Assembly: GCA_016703895.1 (NCBI GenBank)
Contig: JADJBE010000026.1
Location: 320,814 to 384,813 of the forward strand
Length of the DNA: 64,000 bases
Direction: 5' to 3'
Origin: Pseudomonadota bacterium
GTDB lineage: Bacteria; Pseudomonadota; Gammaproteobacteria; Steroidobacterales; Steroidobacteraceae
Part shown: positions 1 through 9,236 of the stretch, in pieces
Position numbering within the stretch: the first letter of the stretch is position 1
Layout of the letters: the number at the start of each line of letters is the position of its first letter
The notes under the pieces: model-generated
Databases searched by the model: none
Seen by the model: only the letters and a program-made list of their open reading frames with translations
What the model was told of the DNA's origin: nothing
Made by a program: the position numbers and the translations under genes

Positions 1-258
1 GCTCATGAGGTGTTTGCGATCCCCACAGCCGGTCAACGACGGCGAGTGCACCTCGTGACCAGCCGCTTGCATTATCCGCCGCACACGCTGCCAACTCCAG
101 CCACCCAGCCAGGTGCCGTGGACCAGCACATATGTCTTGCGCTCCGCTGCCGTGGTTGCCGGCTGCCCGACGGCAGGAGCGCTGGGTATTGCGGTTGCGG
201 CGAGTGTCGCTGCGGTTGCGGTCAGTAGCTTGCGACGATCCACGATCCACTCTCCCAT
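1..258 (-). CDS. alpha/beta-hydrolase-fold (esterase-like) protein, N-terminal fragment; gene runs off the window start
   Basis: Not in the ORF track (edge-truncated). The reverse strand from ATG 258-256 is open to position 1: MGEWIVDRRKLLTATAATLAATAIPSAPAVGQPATTAAERKTYVLVHGTWLGGWSWQRVRRIMQAAGHEVHSPSLTGCGDRKHLMS. An RR-containing leader is followed by a VLVHG-W-GGW-W ... GH-V pattern typical of esterase-type a/b hydrolases. Confidence 0.6.
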   Translation of the reverse strand, partial: MGEWIVDRRKLLTATAATLAATAIPSAPAVGQPATTAAERKTYVLVHGTWLGGWSWQRVRRIMQAAGHEVHSPSLTGCGDRKHLMS

Positions 259-306
259 ACTCGCCTGCTGTGCGTTAATGGTCGATCATACTGGACCAAA
301 TCGCCC

Positions 307-1194
307 GTGGGGAGAAAACACGATGGGATGCCAAGGCTCATGATCCCGCGGCGCGCCGCACTGCAAGGCCTGTTAGCGATGACGGCGAGCTCCGCCACCG
401 CAGCTTCGCAAACGATGCCGCATAAGCACAACGAGCGCACCCTCCCCGCTAACGACCCCGCCTTTGCACTCCGTACGCTGGGCCGCCTGCAGGGAGACCT
501 GTCTGGGCGCATCACCTACACATACAATCCCGGTTTCGTATTTGGCATCGTTACTGGGCGGGCGCTCGCGCCCGGCGAATCTGGTCAACTGCTCTATCAG
601 GTGGAAGGCTGCACCAAGCGCGTCTCGCGTGTTCTCGAGGACGGCAGCGTTGAAGAGCGCTCCCGAAGCTGGATGGTGTACTGCGACGCTGATACGGGTG
701 ATTACTTGCAAGAGTTCCATAACCCGTACACCGACGAGACCATCGTCGTACCCGCAGTGCGCGGCGGCCCCGCGGTGTCGCGACTGACTTTGAACGGTCC
801 CGTATTGCCAGCGTCGCTCGGCCTGGAGAGCACGCTGCTCGATACGCCACCTCGGCTGCACTGGCGCGTGCTGGGCGAGCGTGTCTGGATCTCGCGGTAT
901 GCTGCCTCGCGGATTACCGTCGCGAATGGCAAGCCGCGCAATGAGCTGTCGATGGATGCGTGGGTCTGCCACCTTAGCGATCTGCTCGACGAGCAAGCGA
1001 CCCATATTCCATCTACCTACACGTGGACGAGCCACGCCGACTGGCAGAGTTGGCTGCAGATGCAAGACCATCCGGGCAGTCTACTGTGGCGAGTGGAATC
1101 AGTGGTCATGCATGAGCAAGACCAGTTGCCGTCACGCTTTCGCGCACAGCTCGAACGCGTCGCACCGGGGCAGATCAACCAACCGTTGCCATGA
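307..1194 (+). CDS. Tat-signal periplasmic protein, DUF1838-like (paralog of 2103..2864)
   Basis: 295-aa ORF. Twin-arginine leader IPRRAALQGLLAMTASSATAAS. Shares a collinear pattern with the 2103..2864 product (DP...R..GR..G, EG, F.NP, W..W..M.D..G...WR). The true start is probably ATG 328 or 340 rather than GTG 307. Confidence 0.7.
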   Translation: MGRKHDGMPRLMIPRRAALQGLLAMTASSATAASQTMPHKHNERTLPANDPAFALRTLGRLQGDLSGRITYTYNPGFVFGIVTGRALAPGESGQLLYQVEGCTKRVSRVLEDGSVEERSRSWMVYCDADTGDYLQEFHNPYTDETIVVPAVRGGPAVSRLTLNGPVLPASLGLESTLLDTPPRLHWRVLGERVWISRYAASRITVANGKPRNELSMDAWVCHLSDLLDEQATHIPSTYTWTSHADWQSWLQMQDHPGSLLWRVESVVMHEQDQLPSRFRAQLERVAPGQINQPLP

Positions 1195-1232
1195 GGGGGT
1201 ATAGTTTGATTTTACAGCGAGACTTAGGATCT

Positions 1233-2102
1233 ATGAATCGTAGCTTGATCGGTTTAATGCTTGGCTTTGGCCTCGCCGTCGGTGCGTCAGCGGCAGATCG
1301 CACGCAGAGTCCGGCGGAAGGCAAGCTTGACCTGACCAGCATCGCAGAGTGGCTGCCCGGCGCTTACGACAACGAGCCGCAGCGCTTTTTTCTGCAGCGA
1401 ATGAAGCGGGCGGGCGACGCCCCGGCGCGCAAACATGTGGTGATACGCGCCTTCGAAAGCGAGCCGGTCGCGATCCGTACGCTGTGGCAGTTCTCCGCAG
1501 ACGAACGTACCAATTTCGTACAGATGACGGCCACCGCGGCCGATGACAAGGGTATTGCGATCGCGGATTCCCCAGTTTGCACGGTGCGCTGGGCGCGTCA
1601 GTCGACGACCCTGCGTGGCACCGCAGACTCCACCTGCTAGCCGTCTGCGGCGCAACGGTTGGGTACGGCGGCCGAGGGCACGCTGATTTTGAGTGATAAG
1701 GAGTTGTGGCTCGAGAATGCCAGCACACCCGTTGCTAACACCCTGCTGAAGTCTGCGGACTACGACTGCTTCATTGCCGTGCGCCTCGCGAACGGCAAGC
1801 ACCACGCGATGACCGGCCTCACAGTGCATGATCGGGGCGGCAGCGCAACGGTGCAGACAACCGACAGTCCCTCGCGGCAACTCACCATCATTCTGCGACA
1901 TGGTCTGTGGCCGTCGAACTCCGGCAATAACTTTATGCAGGTCCTGAATCTGTATCTGTTTGAGGCGGGCAAAGAGTATTCGCTCGGCAATGGCTGGGGC
2001 ACGCCGCAGTCCGGCCACGTGGGCTTTGGTATTGGCGATCAGCTGCCCGGGGGGCAGCAAGCCAGTGCTCGCTGCGAGAAAATCCAACCTCCAGTTGGCT
2101 AG
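1233..2102 (+). pseudogene. secreted protein, possibly CpcT/CpeT-like (DUF1001) lipocalin fold, interrupted by a single in-frame TAG at 1638-1640
   Basis: Track ORFs 1191..1640 and 1659..2102 are in the same frame (both coordinates divisible by 3) and are separated only by TAG 1638-1640 plus 18 nt. ATG 1233 follows an AGGA and gives signal peptide MNRSLIGLMLGFGLAVGASA. The WLPGAYDNEPQRFF motif is CpcT-like. The stop falls inside what reads as one continuous domain (..LRGTADSTC*PSAAQRLGTAAEGTLILSDKELWLEN..). Confidence 0.55.
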
Positions 2103-2864
2103 TCAAGTCAGCTCGAAGACTTCCGGCGTTTGTTGCTCGACCCGTGCGCGTAGCGCCGCCGGGAGCTCATCCAGCCTTTGACACTTGCGACCCGCGAGTC
2201 GCCAGGAAATAACACCAGCAACATCGCCCATCTCCATCCATGGCCGCCAGCTAGCTAGCGTCTGATAGGCCAGCGTCGTTGGCACCCGCGCCTTGCGCGC
2301 CTCGCCAGACTTGTCTGGGATCTTGACTAACAACTCTTCGGTCGACCAGACGTCAGCGCCGTGAATGACCGGGTCGGTAATATAGCCGCGCCACTCCATG
2401 CCCGGCGGTAGCTCCGCCACGGCCGGCTTGACAGCCTCGCGGCCGAACGTCAATTGTTGGGCTGAGCTGTAGTGCTTGGGTGCAACGACCCGATCATTGA
2501 ACGGATTGCGCCACTCGTCCACGACGGTGCTGCTGGCAAGATCCAGAAACCAACCCGCTTCGCGCAGCCGATAAAGCCAGTCACCACCCGACTGCGGTTC
2601 AATGATCTGCTTGCTCACACCTTCGATTGCCAGCAGCGCCTGGGTGCGCTCACCACTGACCTGACCATAGAACGTGCCGTGGTACCAGTAGTAGCAAGGC
2701 CGACCATCGATACGGCCGCGCATCCGCACATGCGTCAGGAGCGGATCTTGCTTCAGAGCACCAGTCTGCGCCGCGGTCGCGGCGCGAGCTTCTGCCGCGA
2801 CTGCGCCCACGGACGCGGAGGCGGCTGCCGCGGCGGCCAGGAATTGTCGGCGATTGCTTGTCAT
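2103..2864 (-). CDS. Tat-signal periplasmic protein, DUF1838-like
   Basis: The track ORF 2103..2900 runs into the tRNA gene, so the real start is ATG 2864-2862, giving MTSNRRQFLAAAAAASASVGAVAAEARA (a classic twin-arginine signal). Paralogous to 307..1194. Confidence 0.75.
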   Translation of the reverse strand: MTSNRRQFLAAAAAASASVGAVAAEARAATAAQTGALKQDPLLTHVRMRGRIDGRPCYYWYHGTFYGQVSGERTQALLAIEGVSKQIIEPQSGGDWLYRLREAGWFLDLASSTVVDEWRNPFNDRVVAPKHYSSAQQLTFGREAVKPAVAELPPGMEWRGYITDPVIHGADVWSTEELLVKIPDKSGEARKARVPTTLAYQTLASWRPWMEMGDVAGVISWRLAGRKCQRLDELPAALRARVEQQTPEVFELT

Positions 2865-2872
2865 AAGCAATT

Positions 2873-2946
2873 TGGAGCGGGTGATGGGAATCGAACCCAC
2901 GTTAGCAGCTTGGGAAGCTGCAGTTCTACCATTGAACTACACCCGC
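2873..2946 (-). tRNA. tRNA-Gly (anticodon CCC)
   Basis: The reverse complement reads GCGGGTGTAGTTCAATGGTAGAACTGCAGCTTCCCAAGCTGCTAACGTGGGTTCGATTCCCATCACCCGCTCCA. Acceptor stem 7 bp (GCGGGTG/CACCCGC), D arm GTTC..GAAC, anticodon stem GCAGC/GCTGC with loop TTCCCAA, T arm GTGGG-TTCGATT-CCCAT, encoded CCA. Length 74 nt. Confidence 0.93.
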
Positions 2947-3018
2947 GAGCAGTGATTGGAGAGAATAGCGACCGCCACGATTGGCGACAACTCCAACCCT
3001 GCCCGCAGACGCTCGCCC

Positions 3019-3628
3019 ATGCCAGACCCAGCCAAGCCGCAAGCGCTTACCAGCCATCTGATTGCGATGGCGCTACCGATGGAGTCCCGCGGGCTGCTGG
3101 AGCAGGCAGGCGCCCCACTCCTCTATACGGGAGTTGGCAAAGTCCGCGCGGCGATGGCACTGACGCGTCGACTCGCCGACTATCGGCACTCCGGGGGTTG
3201 CCATGCCGCTGGTCGTCAATCTCGGCACGGCCGGCAGTCGCCATCTCAAGGCCGGCTCGCTCGTTGGCTGCGATCAGTTCAGCCAGCGCGATATGGACGT
3301 GAGCGGCCTCGGCTTCGCCCGCGGCGAGACGCCCTATGACAATGTGCCAGCCCTGATAGAGATGCCCCGTCACTTTAGCAATCTGCCGCACTGCGTTTGT
3401 TCGACCGCCGATTCGTTTGCGACCCATGAACACGCTCTCGAGAACAACGGCGTCGTCGACATGGAAGCGTTCGCGCTCGCCCGCGTCTGTGTCGCTGAAG
3501 GCGCGCGCTTCGCCTGTGCCAAGTTCGTGACCGATGGCGCCGACGGCACGGCGGCGGATGACTGGCGCACAGCGCTGGCAGCGGCGTCGATCGCCTTTGC
3601 CGCGCTCTATGCGACCATGCCGCGATGA
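3019..3628 (+). pseudogene. MTA/SAH-nucleosidase (Pfs/MtnN-type nucleoside phosphorylase family), frameshifted in this sequence
   Basis: The N-terminal part is in the frame of ORF 2956..3339 (MPDPAKPQALTSHLIAMALPMESRGLLEQAGAPLLYTGVGKVRAAMALTRRLADYRHSG). The C-terminal part is in the frame of ORF 3203..3628 (PLVVNLGTAGS...VVDMEAFALARV..). The frames join at the G5 run 3193-3197; removing one G gives ..YRHSGVAMPLVVNLGTAGS. Confidence 0.7.
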
Positions 3629-4314
3629 CGGCAGACCCGCGACAGCGTTCTATCCGCAGCTTTGTCCTACGCGCGGGTCGCACCACAGCCGGTCAGGCGC
3701 GCGCGCTCGCCGAGCTCTGGCCGTTGTACGGGATCGAGTTCTCGCCGCAGCCCTTGCAGCTCGACGTGATTTTTGGCCGCCAGGCTCCGCGCGTCCTTGA
3801 GATTGGCTTTGGCAACGGTGAGCATCTGGCGGCGCTGGCCGCTCGCCACCCCGATCGAGACCACCTTGGAATCGAAGTCCATCGCCCAGGCGTCGGGCAT
3901 CTCTTGTTATTGGCCGAGGGCAACGGCTCGACCAACGTCAGGGCGGTCTGTCATGACGCGGTCGAGGTGCTCGAAGCGCAGATTCCGACCGACTCCATCG
4001 ACGAGTTGTTTGTGCTGTTTCCGGACCCTTGGCATAAGAAGCGCCATCACAAGCGTCGGCTGATACAACCACAGTTCGTGGCATTGGCCGTGTCGCGCTT
4101 GAGGATCGGCGGCGTGCTGCGACTCGCGACCGACTGGGAAAACTACGCCGAGCAGATGCTCGAAGTGCTGCGAGACAATCCATTGCTGCGCAATCTTTCG
4201 CCCACTAACGACTGGATCCCGCGACCCGATGAACGCGACCCCACGCGGTTCGAAAAGCGCGGCGCCAGACTCGGTCACGGCGTGTGGGATCTGGCGTTTG
4301 AGCGGAAGGACTGA
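3625..4314 (+). CDS. trmB: tRNA (guanine46-N7)-methyltransferase
   Basis: 229 aa. SAM-binding VLEIGFGNGEHL and the family motif LFPDPWHKKRHHKRRL. ATGA overlap with the upstream gene. Confidence 0.9.
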   Translation: MTADPRQRSIRSFVLRAGRTTAGQARALAELWPLYGIEFSPQPLQLDVIFGRQAPRVLEIGFGNGEHLAALAARHPDRDHLGIEVHRPGVGHLLLLAEGNGSTNVRAVCHDAVEVLEAQIPTDSIDELFVLFPDPWHKKRHHKRRLIQPQFVALAVSRLRIGGVLRLATDWENYAEQMLEVLRDNPLLRNLSPTNDWIPRPDERDPTRFEKRGARLGHGVWDLAFERKD

Positions 4315-4316
4315 CT

Positions 4317-4913
4317 TCAGCGCCGCTCGAAGGTTGCTACGCGATAAAGATATACGCCGACGATAACGACCACCACGGCAGTCGCGACCGGATTCAGCCA
4401 ATCGTGCACTCGATCGTACTGCTCTTGCAATAGGTAGCCGATTGCGGTCAGTACGCCAACCCAGACCAACGAACCCAGCGCCGACCAGAATAGAAACCGC
4501 GGCAGTGGCATGGCGACGAGCCCCGCTGGCACTGAAATCAAGGTGCGGACTGTCGGCACCATGCGCCCGAACAGCACGGCGCGAGTTCCGCGGCGCTGAA
4601 ACCACTGCTCAGCACGGTCGACATCGTCGGACGAAACCGAGAGCCAGCGTCCGTTGCCATTGGCCCACTCTTTAAGACGCGCGCTGGTCACCATGCGGCC
4701 CGCGGTATACCAAGGGAGCGTACCTAACAACGAACCCGTCGTGCCGGCCAGCAGGACTCCAATCAGACTCAACTCGCCGTGGGCCGCGGCGAAACCTGCA
4801 AACGGCATGATGAGTTCCGAGGGAATCGGCGGAAAGATATTCTCCAGGACCATCAGTCCGACCAGCCCCCAGTAGCCGTAGCCCTCGATGACACCGATGA
4901 TCCAGTCAGCCAT
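4317..4913 (-). CDS. DedA-family inner membrane protein
   Basis: 198 aa, with N-terminal GYWGLVGLMVLENIFPPIPSELIMPFAG typical of the DedA/SNARE-associated family; multiple TM segments. Confidence 0.85.
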   Translation of the reverse strand: MADWIIGVIEGYGYWGLVGLMVLENIFPPIPSELIMPFAGFAAAHGELSLIGVLLAGTTGSLLGTLPWYTAGRMVTSARLKEWANGNGRWLSVSSDDVDRAEQWFQRRGTRAVLFGRMVPTVRTLISVPAGLVAMPLPRFLFWSALGSLVWVGVLTAIGYLLQEQYDRVHDWLNPVATAVVVVIVGVYLYRVATFERR

Positions 4914-4920
4914 GGCGCGA

Positions 4921-5565
4921 TCAGCTCAGAAAACTCGCGCGGATACCGACGACGATGAATTCCACCGCCAACGCCCCCAAAATCACGCCGAACAACCGGT
5001 TGGCGACATTCGACCCGGTCACGCCGATGACGCGCATCAGCGGCGTGGCCACCCACATCGCTAGCAGACACAGCAACAGCACCAGAATCGCGCAGAGAAA
5101 CAACGCCGCGAACTTAAGCGGGTGTTGCGTAATCGGTACGGGGCCAAACCACAACAGCATCGTCGTCAATGCGCCAGGGCCTGCCATCAAGGGAAAAGCG
5201 AGCGGAAAAACCGAGATATCCGCCCGCTTGCGGTTCTCCGCTTGCTCATCGGTGGTCGTACGGGGGCCGGACTCACGTGCAAAGACCATCTCCAGAGCGA
5301 TGAGAAACAGCAACAGTCCGCCGAAGATACGGAACGAGTCAATCGAAATTCCCATCGCGCCCAAGAAGGCGGCGCCGGCGAGCGCGAACAGCAACAAGAT
5401 CGCGCTGGCGACGACCACAGCCTTGATGGCCATCCGGTGCTTGTACTGCGCATTCGCGCCCTCGGTCAGCCCGGAGAAGATCGGAATCAAAGAGATAGGC
5501 TCGACGACCACAAAGAACACGATAAAGAATTTGATCAACTGCTCAATCATGATGCTGTGCGCCAA
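4921..5565 (-). CDS. MarC/UPF0056-family integral membrane protein
   Basis: 214 aa polytopic protein. FFIVFFVVVEPISLIPIF.. at the N-terminus and a PLAFPLMAGPGALTT motif are characteristic of the MarC family. Confidence 0.8.
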   Translation of the reverse strand: MAHSIMIEQLIKFFIVFFVVVEPISLIPIFSGLTEGANAQYKHRMAIKAVVVASAILLLFALAGAAFLGAMGISIDSFRIFGGLLLFLIALEMVFARESGPRTTTDEQAENRKRADISVFPLAFPLMAGPGALTTMLLWFGPVPITQHPLKFAALFLCAILVLLLCLLAMWVATPLMRVIGVTGSNVANRLFGVILGALAVEFIVVGIRASFLS

Positions 5566-5702
5566 TTATTCCGACTTGAAAGCGAAACGTTCCGGGAGCA
5601 ACATGAAACCGACTCTCACGGATGCGCGCGCAGCATACCAGCGGCGCACGCAGCTCGCGAAACAGTCAACGTGAACTCGGGGGCGATTCGGAGGGTATTG
5701 CG

Positions 5703-6023
5703 ATGCTAAATCCTCGGCCCATCGTGGGCGACTGGTACCGTTTCAAGGACGGCGACAAATTCGAAGTGGTCGCGGTCGATGTCGACGACGGCACGATCGA
5801 TCTGCAGTATTACGACGGCACTATTGAAGAAATGGACGTCGAAGACTGGGTCTCTGAGGCTGGCGCAGGCCGCGTCGAAAGCATCGAACCGCCCGAAGAC
5901 TGGAGCGGTTCGGTTGACGCCGATTCCGACGACGACGAACCCGTGTCAGCGGAGAATTACTACGTCGACGATGAAAAGCGGCAGCATGCCAGTCGCTTAG
6001 ATGATCTGGATCTGTTCGAGTAG
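5703..6023 (+). CDS. small highly acidic hypothetical protein
   Basis: Internal ATG 5703 of track ORF 5622..6023 gives MLNPRPIVGDWYRFKDGDKFEVVAVDVDDGTIDLQYYDGTIEEMDVEDW.. No motif that I can assign to a family. Confidence 0.55.
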   Translation: MLNPRPIVGDWYRFKDGDKFEVVAVDVDDGTIDLQYYDGTIEEMDVEDWVSEAGAGRVESIEPPEDWSGSVDADSDDDEPVSAENYYVDDEKRQHASRLDDLDLFE

Positions 6024-6025
6024 CG

Positions 6026-6406
6026 CTAGTCGGCGACCAAGATCGACGGATCGACGTCGGCGGCTAACAGCACGTAGCCATCAGCGACCGTGACGGGCAC
6101 GGGCAGCAGCCCCTGCCCCACGCAGGGCCCCGCCACGCAAACGCCGGTCGCTTTCTCAAACACCGCACCATGCGAGCTGCATACGATCAGGCTGCCGTCC
6201 GGCGTCAGGAATTTGTGCGGTCGTAAATTCAAGCCATGGCCTGCGTGCGGACAGCGATTGACGTAGGCGGCCACAACACCTGCGGATGTTTGCACGACCA
6301 GGCCTCGCAGAGGCCAGTTACCCGTCCCGATGGTAAACTCGCGACAACCCTCCGCCGTCAGCTCTGCCAGCGAACACAACACTCGCTCGAGGTCGATCTC
6401 GGCCAT
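6026..6406 (-). CDS. Rieske (2Fe-2S) domain protein
   Basis: Rieske ligand boxes CPHAGHG and CSSHGAVF. ATG 6406 avoids overlap with ampG (stop at 6411); the track ORF extends to 6445. Confidence 0.85.
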   Translation of the reverse strand: MAEIDLERVLCSLAELTAEGCREFTIGTGNWPLRGLVVQTSAGVVAAYVNRCPHAGHGLNLRPHKFLTPDGSLIVCSSHGAVFEKATGVCVAGPCVGQGLLPVPVTVADGYVLLAADVDPSILVAD

Positions 6407-6410
6407 GTCA

Positions 6411-7733
6411 CTAACTATTTGATTTACCCGCGGTACCGAGCGCACTGTCCACCAGTCCGGCGCGCATCATGTACCAGAACAGCAGTACGCCGGGGAAGGC
6501 GATCACGGTTGTCAGCAGGTAGAAATTGACATAGCCGAGATTTTCGATCAGTGCCCCCGCGGTCGTGCCGGTCAACAAGCGTCCGACGACGCTAGCGCCG
6601 GCCGAGATGAGCGCGTACTGGCTCGCCGTGAAGCGCAGATTGCAGAGCGCCGAGAAGAACGCAACGACCACCACGCCACCGAAGCCACTGGCGAGATTCT
6701 CAAAACCAATGGCACCCGCCATGCCCCAGTTACTGTGCCCCGCCATGGCGAGCAACGCGAAACTCAGGTTGGATATCGCCATCAGTATCAGTGCTAACAA
6801 CACTGACCGCTTTAAACCCATCCTGGCGTAGAGCACCCCGCCAATGAAAATGCCGATCAGATAGGCCCAAAAGCCGAAACCCACATCGTAGATGGCGATT
6901 TCATCATTGCTGAATCCCAGATCGTTGAACAGCAGCCGAAACGTGAGGTTCGCAAGCGTGTCCCCGACTTTGTGTACTAACACGAACAGCAGCACGAGCA
7001 GCGCGCCCGAGCGCTGCAAAAACTCCGTGAACGGTTCAATAATCGAACGCCAGATCTCAGCCAGCCCCCGCTTCTCGATCGTAACAACGTGACGCTGCGG
7101 CTCGCCGACGATCAGCCCGGTCAACATGGCGGGTAGCGCGAACGCCGCGCAGGCAATATAGGCCGCCGACCAACCCAGCCGGTCAGCGACCACCAACGCC
7201 AGCGCGCCGGCACTGACAGAGCCGATACGCCAACCATACTGCGACATGCCTGAACCCACACCTAACTGGTAAGGCTTGAGAGTTTCGATGCGATAAGCAT
7301 CGATGACGATGTCGTAGGTGGCGCCGGCGACCCCAACGAGTACCGCCGCGACAATCGTCGCCTGAATACTGGCGCTCGGGTCCACTAGCGCGAGATTGAC
7401 AACCGCTGCGATGACCAACACGCCGGCAAACAACAGCCAGGAGACCCGCTGGCCCAGCCGCCCCAGTAGCGGCAGCCGCACACCGTCGACCACCCACGCC
7501 CAGAGGACTTTCAGGTTGTAGACCAGAAACGCGAGCGTGAAGGCAGTGACGGTTTTCTTGTCGATGCCATCCTGCGCGAGGCGAGTCGTCAAAGTCGCGC
7601 CGATCATGGCGTACGGAAAGCCTGATGAGACACCGACAAAGAACGCCGCCAGCGACTCCTTCTCAAGATACGGCGTGATCGACGCCCACAGTCCGCGCGG
7701 CGCAGGCGTCGCGCGCACCTCAGACTCGCTCAC
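6411..7733 (-). CDS. ampG: AmpG-family muropeptide/MFS permease
   Basis: 440 aa, about 12-14 TM. N-terminal ..LAAFFVGVSSGFPYAMIGATLTTRLAQDGIDKKTVTAF matches the AmpG signature region. Confidence 0.85.
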   Translation of the reverse strand: MSESEVRATPAPRGLWASITPYLEKESLAAFFVGVSSGFPYAMIGATLTTRLAQDGIDKKTVTAFTLAFLVYNLKVLWAWVVDGVRLPLLGRLGQRVSWLLFAGVLVIAAVVNLALVDPSASIQATIVAAVLVGVAGATYDIVIDAYRIETLKPYQLGVGSGMSQYGWRIGSVSAGALALVVADRLGWSAAYIACAAFALPAMLTGLIVGEPQRHVVTIEKRGLAEIWRSIIEPFTEFLQRSGALLVLLFVLVHKVGDTLANLTFRLLFNDLGFSNDEIAIYDVGFGFWAYLIGIFIGGVLYARMGLKRSVLLALILMAISNLSFALLAMAGHSNWGMAGAIGFENLASGFGGVVVVAFFSALCNLRFTASQYALISAGASVVGRLLTGTTAGALIENLGYVNFYLLTTVIAFPGVLLFWYMMRAGLVDSALGTAGKSNS

Positions 7734-8515
7734 GCTCGGTCACCCGCCGCGATCGAGTAGTCCATGATCAGTGGCGCATGGTCGGAAAACCGTTGCTCTT
7801 TGTAGATGCTGGCCGCGCGCACCTTGTCACCAAGTCCGGCGCTGACAATCTGGTAGTCGATCCGCCAACCCACGTTCTTCGCCCAGGCCTGACCACGATT
7901 GGACCACCAGGTGTACTGGTCAGGCGATGGATCGACACGCCGAAACGCATCGACGAAGCCGCTCGGTCCGAACACCTGGTCCAGCCATTGACGTTCCTCG
8001 GGCAGAAAGCCCGAGTTCTTCTGGTCGGCGCGCCAGTTCCGAAGGTCGATCTCTCGGTGAGCGATATTCCAATCACCGCACAACACGTACTCGCGGCGAC
8101 GACGGCGCATCGCACGGAGATGCGGCTCAAAGGCCGCCAGAAAGCGGAACTTGGATGCCTGCCGCTCCGGCCCCGTCGACCCCGACGGTAGATAGAGCGA
8201 CACCACGGAGAGACTACCGATCTGCACTTCGAGGTAGCGTCCCTCGGCATCGAACTCCTTGACGCCGAAGCCACGGATAACCTTGGTGGGCGGCAAGCGT
8301 GTGTAGACAGCTGTGCCGGAATAGCCCTTGCGTTCAGCGTCGAAGAAGAACGACTGGTAGCCAGCCAGATCGCAGCCATGTTCGGCTAACTGGTGCTCCT
8401 GTGCCTTGGTTTCCTGCAAACAGATGACGTCGGCGTCCTGTTGCAGAAACCACTGGAACACGCCCTTGCGAGCCGCCGAGCGGATTCCGTTGACATTCAG
8501 CGTTATGATTCGCAC
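7730..8515 (-). CDS. xthA: exodeoxyribonuclease III
   Basis: 261 aa. [14 protein letters not shown]....[18 protein letters not shown] and SDHAPL motifs of the EEP/ExoIII family. 4-nt overlap with ampG. Confidence 0.92.
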   Translation of the reverse strand: MRIITLNVNGIRSAARKGVFQWFLQQDADVICLQETKAQEHQLAEHGCDLAGYQSFFFDAERKGYSGTAVYTRLPPTKVIRGFGVKEFDAEGRYLEVQIGSLSVVSLYLPSGSTGPERQASKFRFLAAFEPHLRAMRRRRREYVLCGDWNIAHREIDLRNWRADQKNSGFLPEERQWLDQVFGPSGFVDAFRRVDPSPDQYTWWSNRGQAWAKNVGWRIDYQIVSAGLGDKVRAASIYKEQRFSDHAPLIMDYSIAAGDRA

Positions 8516-8556
8516 CGCCGCATCATACCGGCGCCGCCGGGATGACAGGAGTACTG

Positions 8557-9206
8557 ATGCACGAATACCAACACGAATTCATCCAGCTGGCGATGCAACG
8601 GCAGGCGTTGCGTTTTGGGAGTTCACGCTCAAGTCGGGCCGTATCAGCCCGTACTTCTTCAATGCGGGGTTATTCAACGACGGTGAATCCATTGCCGCGC
8701 TGGGGCGATGTTATGCGGCGGCACTGCTGCGTTCTAACATCTCGTTCGACATGCTGTTTGGACCAGCCTACAAGGGCATTCCTCTGGTGACGACGACTGC
8801 CGTCGCGTTGGCAACGGAGCACCAGCGCAACGTTCCCTATGCCTTCAATCGCAAGGAGTCCAAGGATCACGGCGAAGGTGGCAACCTGGTCGGCGCCAAA
8901 CTATCTGGGCGCGTGGTGATCGTCGACGACGTGATCACGGCTGGCACCGCGATCCGCGAAGCGGTGGAGATCATACGCCGTGCGGGCGCCGAACCAGCAG
9001 CCGTGCTGCTCGCGCTCGACCGCCAGGAGCGCGGCAAAGGCGAACTCTCGGCAGTGCAGGAAGTGACCGCAGAGTTCGGCTTGCGCTGCGTCAGCGTCCT
9101 GTCGCTGGCAACGCTGATCGATGGCGTTGCGGCAGGTGATGGAGTTCACATTTCCGACGCGCAGATCGCAGCGCTGCGCACATATCGAGCGACATATGGC
9201 GCCTGA
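8557..9206 (+). pseudogene. pyrE: orotate phosphoribosyltransferase, frameshifted in this sequence (likely an indel error)
   Basis: The N-terminus [21 protein letters not shown] is in the frame of ORF 8542..8790. The rest, [19 protein letters not shown]...[16 protein letters not shown] (PRPP loop), is in the frame of ORF 8406..9206. The join is at TTTTGGGAG (8613-8621); one extra G would restore ..[13 protein letters not shown]. Confidence 0.85.
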
Positions 9207-9236
9207 CAGCAGCGCCTGACGCCGCGTTGATGCAGA

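Noticed and set aside
1-2946. Possible genomic island integrated at tRNA-Gly(CCC).
   Set aside because: There is no integrase and no visible direct repeat of the tRNA 3' end in the window. The composition does not look different from the flanks by eye.
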